64,000 bases of DNA, taken from positions 2,480,001 to 2,544,000 of the forward strand of contig NC_043024.1 in the NCBI RefSeq assembly GCF_006345805.1, read 5' to 3'. The stretch is from Octopus sinensis. Taxonomy: Eukaryota. The position numbers and the translations under genes are program-made. Below, one piece after another: positions 59,807 through 64,000 of the stretch; the first letter of the stretch is position 1, and each line of letters opens with the position of its first letter. The notes below the pieces were generated by a model. That model did no database searches. It was not told the origin of the DNA and saw only the letters and a program-made list of their open reading frames with translations.

Positions 59807-60033
59807 TTAACCCTTTAGTGTTTAAACCGGCCATATCCGGCCCAAATAATCTACCTGTTTTCTGTTAAAACTGCCCACATTTGGTATCTCACATCAGCCT
59901 ATAATGTCAATCTAAAAACAGGTGATAACATCATCAAAATCTTAAAGCTACGAAATAATGACATGATTAGCTTAAAACAATATGATGAATAAATATTATA
60001 TTTGACAGAATAATCTGAATGCTAAAGGGTTAA
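59807..60033. mobile_element. piggyBac-type MITE with TTAA target duplication, inserted in a SINE fragment
   Basis: TTAA-CCCTTTAG...CTAAAGGG-TTAA. Confidence 0.75.
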
Positions 60034-60499
60034 AGGGTTTACTCCAACAAAACGATTTCATTGCACGGAAAAGACACCCAGTGCACTCGGTAGAGTGGTT
60101 GGCATCAGGAAGAGCATCCAGCTGTAGAAACCCTGCTAGAATAGCTGACTGGAGTCTGGTGCAGCTCTCCAGCCTTGCCAGCCCCTGTCAAAAGTCTAAC
60201 CAATGCGAAGATGGAAATCCAATAATATTTCTTTATTGGTCTCTTTTGTTAAACTGCTAGGTTACAGGTGCTTAAACAAACCAACACAGTTTATCAAACA
60301 ATAGGCAAACAAGCACACATATGCATGATGGCTTCCATACAGTTTCTGTCAACCAAATTCACTCACACAATATTGGTTAGCCCAGACTATGATGGAAGAC
60401 ACTTGCCCACGGTGCTGCACATTTTCCAAAAAAGATGGACTTCTGGTGACTGTATACTGTTTCAACAAGGATTGTTATCCATTATTCTGTTTTTCACAA

Positions 60500-60730
60500 T
60501 CATCATCCTCATCATTTAATGTCTGTTGTCCATGCTGGCATGGGTTGGACGGTTTGACCAGGGCTGGCAAGCTGTACCAGACTCTAGTCTAGTTTGGCAT
60601 GGTTTCTATGGCTGGATGCTCTTCCTAACACCAAACACTCTGAGAGTATAATGGGCGCTTTTATGTGCACTGGCACAGGTGCCAGTTGTGTGACACTAGT
60701 ATCTGCCACAACTACAATTTCGCTTGGCTT
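60500..60730 (-). mobile_element. Diverged RTE 3'-end copy
   Basis: catcat tail plus ccatgctggcatgggttggacgg..ctggatgctcttcctaac. Confidence 0.65.
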
Positions 60731-61204
60731 GATGGGTCTTCTCAAACACAGCATAATGCCAAAGGTCTTGGTCACTTGCATGGCCTGATGCCAAAGGTCG
60801 TGGTCATAAGGAGAATACATTCTACAGACTCTTATTGTCAGATGATTGACCATAAAATACTGAAATCAAAACAACCAAGATTTTTATCTATTTTTTTTTT
60901 ATTTGGATTTTAATGTGGATTACTTATGTAATTACGTTTACCTTTTCTGTCTGAGAATAAAAAAATTGCTTTATATTATTATTCTTGTTGTCAATCAACT
61001 TACCATTTCTCATCTTCAACAAACAAGAACTTCCAGCCTTTACTCCTCAGCCTTCCTAATTCATTTTCATCCTCTGCCAGGCATTATATGGAAGTTTTCC
61101 TGTTGCTCACAGACAGATACTTTTTTCTTTACGAAAGGATCAATAAATATACTATTAAGCATTCATCCAATTCCTTGCCTTTTTTTTTCTCCGGAAATTG
61201 TAGT

Positions 61205-61930
61205 TAAGACACCCGTGCCGGTGACACGTACAAAGCACCATTCGAGCGTGGCAGTTACTAGCATCGCCTCACTGGCGTCCGTGCCGGTGACACATAAAAG
61301 CACCAACCGATCGTGGCCGTTTGCCAGTCTGCTCTGGCTCCTGTGCCGGTGGCACGTAAAAGACACCTGCTACACTCACGGAGTTGTTGGCATTAGGAAG
61401 GGCATCCAACTGTAGAAACACTGCCAGATCAGACTGGAGCCTGGTGCAGCCTCCATGGCTTACCAGACCCCGGTAGAACCGTCCAACCCATGCTAGCATG
61501 GAAAGCGGACGTTAAATGATGATGATGTGATAGTGAGAGCTTTTCCAGAAGTCTGTCAGTCGTTACCCTTGTCTCGCAATATAATAGTTTATTTACAAAT
61601 CCTTTAATAGATAACAAAAAAAATTGGCTGTCAATAATAGGAACATCATCATTTAACGTCCGTTTTCCATGCTAGCATGGGTTGGACGGTTCGACCGGCG
61701 TCTGGTAAGCCATAGAGGCTGCACCAGGCTCCAGTCTGATCTGGTAGAGTTTCTAAAGCTGGATGCCCTTCTTAACACCAACCACTCCATGAGTGTAGTG
61801 GGTGTTCTTTACGTGCCACCGGCACAGGGGCCAGAGCAGTCTGGCAAACGGCCACGATCGGTTGGTGCTTTTATGTGTCACCGGCACAGGAGCCAGTCAG
61901 GCGACGCTAGTATCTGCCACGTTCGGACAG
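61205..61930. mobile_element. Two RTE 3'-end copies in inverted (tail-to-tail) orientation
   Basis: ~61261-61525 is the approximate reverse complement of ~61645-61915. Confidence 0.8.
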
Positions 61931-63600
61931 TGCTTATTATATCATATCATATCATATATCCAACATATTTGATATTTTATTTTGAATATCCACATAACTG
62001 AGAAACTGAGATACATTGAAGTCCAGTTATGAAGATATGGTACGGAAGTTTCTAAGACGATTCTTTTGTACAAGACTTTGTAAAGTCCATAGCTGAAGAG
62101 AACTTGACAGAAACATAGGCGCAGGAGTGACTGTGTGGTTAGTAGCTTGCTTACCAAACACACGGTTCCGGGTTCAGTCCCACTGTGTGACACCTTGGGC
62201 AAGTGTCTTCTACTATAACCTCGGGCCAACCAAAGCCTTGTGAGTGGATTTGGTAGACGGAAACTGAAAGAAGCCTGTCATCATCATCATCATCGTCGTT
62301 TAACGTCCGTTCTCCATGCTAGCATGCTGTCGTATATATATATATATGCGTGTGTGTGTGTGTGTGTTTGTCCCCCCAACATTGCTTGACAACCGATGCT
62401 GGTATGTTTACGTCCCCGTAACTTAGCGGTTCGGCAAATCACCTCCTTCCTCCAGATTCAGGCAATTTCTAAAAACAAGCATTTGACAGTCTGCAACTCA
62501 TTACTCTTTTACTTGTTTCAGTCATTTGACTGTGGCCATGCTGGAGCACCACCTTTAGTTGAGCAAATTGACCCTGGGACTTATTCTTCGTAAGCCTAGT
62601 ACTTATTCTATCGGTCTCTATTTGCCGAATTGCTAAGTGACAGGGACGTAAACACACCAGCATCGTTTGTCAAGCGATGTTGGGGGGACAGACACACAAA
62701 CATATACACACACACGCATATATATATATACATATATACGACGGGCTTCTTTCAGTTTCCGTCTAACAAATCCACTCACAAGGCTTTGGTCGGCCCGAGG
62801 CTATAGTAGAAGATACTTGGTTGGTAAGCAAGCTACTTACCACACAGCCACTGCTACACCTCAATCTTTGATTACGACATCAGGCTGCGAACGTTAGCAA
62901 CCAGAGACTCTTCACTGCAGTGAAAATTCATGTTTTTCCCACGTTTCATAGTGCTAAGTATTTCAAGCAGTTCGTCTGGGAGAGCTGGTCTTTCGCACAC
63001 CGACCCCCATTCAACTCCTTGGTTATCACTGACCCCCCTGTAATTGCTCACCAACCCCTAGGGGTCCCTGAGATCCCCTTTAGCAACCCCCGATTTATAG
63101 TTAGTAACATAAATTGCACAATGATGCAGTCATTGGCTTAGGAGACTACATTTCTCAGTGAAAGAAGCCTGTTGTATATATGTATATATATGTGTGTCTG
63201 TGTTTGTCCCCTCAACATCGCTTGACAACTGATGCTGGTGTGTTTACGTCTCCGTCACTTAGTGGTCCGGCAAAAGAGACCGATAGAATAAGTACTGGGC
63301 TTACAAAGAAAAAGTTCTGGGGTCGATTTGCTCTACTAAAGGCGGTGCTCCAGCATGGCCAGTCAAATGACTGAAACAAGCAAAAGAGTAAAGAGTATAT
63401 ATATATACAAAATAAGAAAATGGAGGAACACATCTTAATCAATGATAAACTACCAGATAATTCCCAATCACATAATTTATTAAACCACTACATATGAACA
63501 TTCAGGTCAAACATAATAATATAGAACAAAACAATGTACATCAATGAGTAATATGATACAATAAGTACAGTATGTATAAGTGAATATAAATATAAACTAC

Positions 63601-63727
63601 ATATTACAGCTGTTTCAGCCATGCAGATATGGGTGCCTCATTAAGCTCATATTAGCCATGTGTGATAGGTTAATATGTGGTTATAAATGAGACACTTACA
63701 AAAATATCCCAAGGCCTCTTCAGAGAT
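63601..63727 (-). ncRNA. Type I hammerhead ribozyme motif (Penelope-like, independent family)
   Basis: Reverse complement reads ATCT CTGAAGA GGCCTTGGGATAT..ATATCTGCATGGCT GAAA CAGCTG TA ATAT: canonical core, extended stem II, palindromic stem III, stem I with one mismatch. Confidence 0.7.
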
Positions 63728-64000
63728 TATAAAGTACAAACAAAATTAAATATGAATATCAGAGGAGGTACACCCATATATATATATATCTGCTACTCAT
63801 GTTGGCGAACTCTGTTCCTTATCAGTTGTGATATGATTCTTTCAGTAGCTTTCAATGTCTCTGTAGTTTCCCCTCTCTCTCTCTATTGTATCTTCTCTAC
63901 TCTTATAGCAATCTATGCTGATACTGTTCAAGCAGAAATTGTAATCACCACCTCTTTGCGTTCCATGATTGACTGTGGATGTTGGTTCTGCCTCACCCGA

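Overview
AT-rich, repeat-dense eukaryotic DNA, most consistent with an octopod cephalopod C2H2 zinc-finger (ZNF) gene cluster. The taxon is inferred from the finger style and SINE/LINE content, not proven. Positions 1-40.1 kb hold three minus-strand multi-finger ZNF genes in a ~12.5-kb tandem segmental duplication (two full copies, one partial, plus inverted fragments at 1-4.9 kb). The three genes share a putative ETS-containing promoter and non-coding first exon, and are interspersed with RTE LINEs, tRNA-derived SINEs, Tc1 remnants, MITE/foldback elements and several Penelope-type hammerhead ribozyme motifs. Positions 40.4-59.75 kb are a ~19-kb array of ~226 near-identical 84-bp units, each encoding the same C2H2 finger ([28 protein letters not shown]). 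The array has higher-order repeat structure. Almost all of its frameshifts fall on bases that are polymorphic between units, which suggests consensus artefacts in what may be an uninterrupted ~230-finger reading frame. Positions 59.8-64 kb are SINE/MITE debris plus one more hammerhead motif. All counts were made by eye and many boundaries are approximate.
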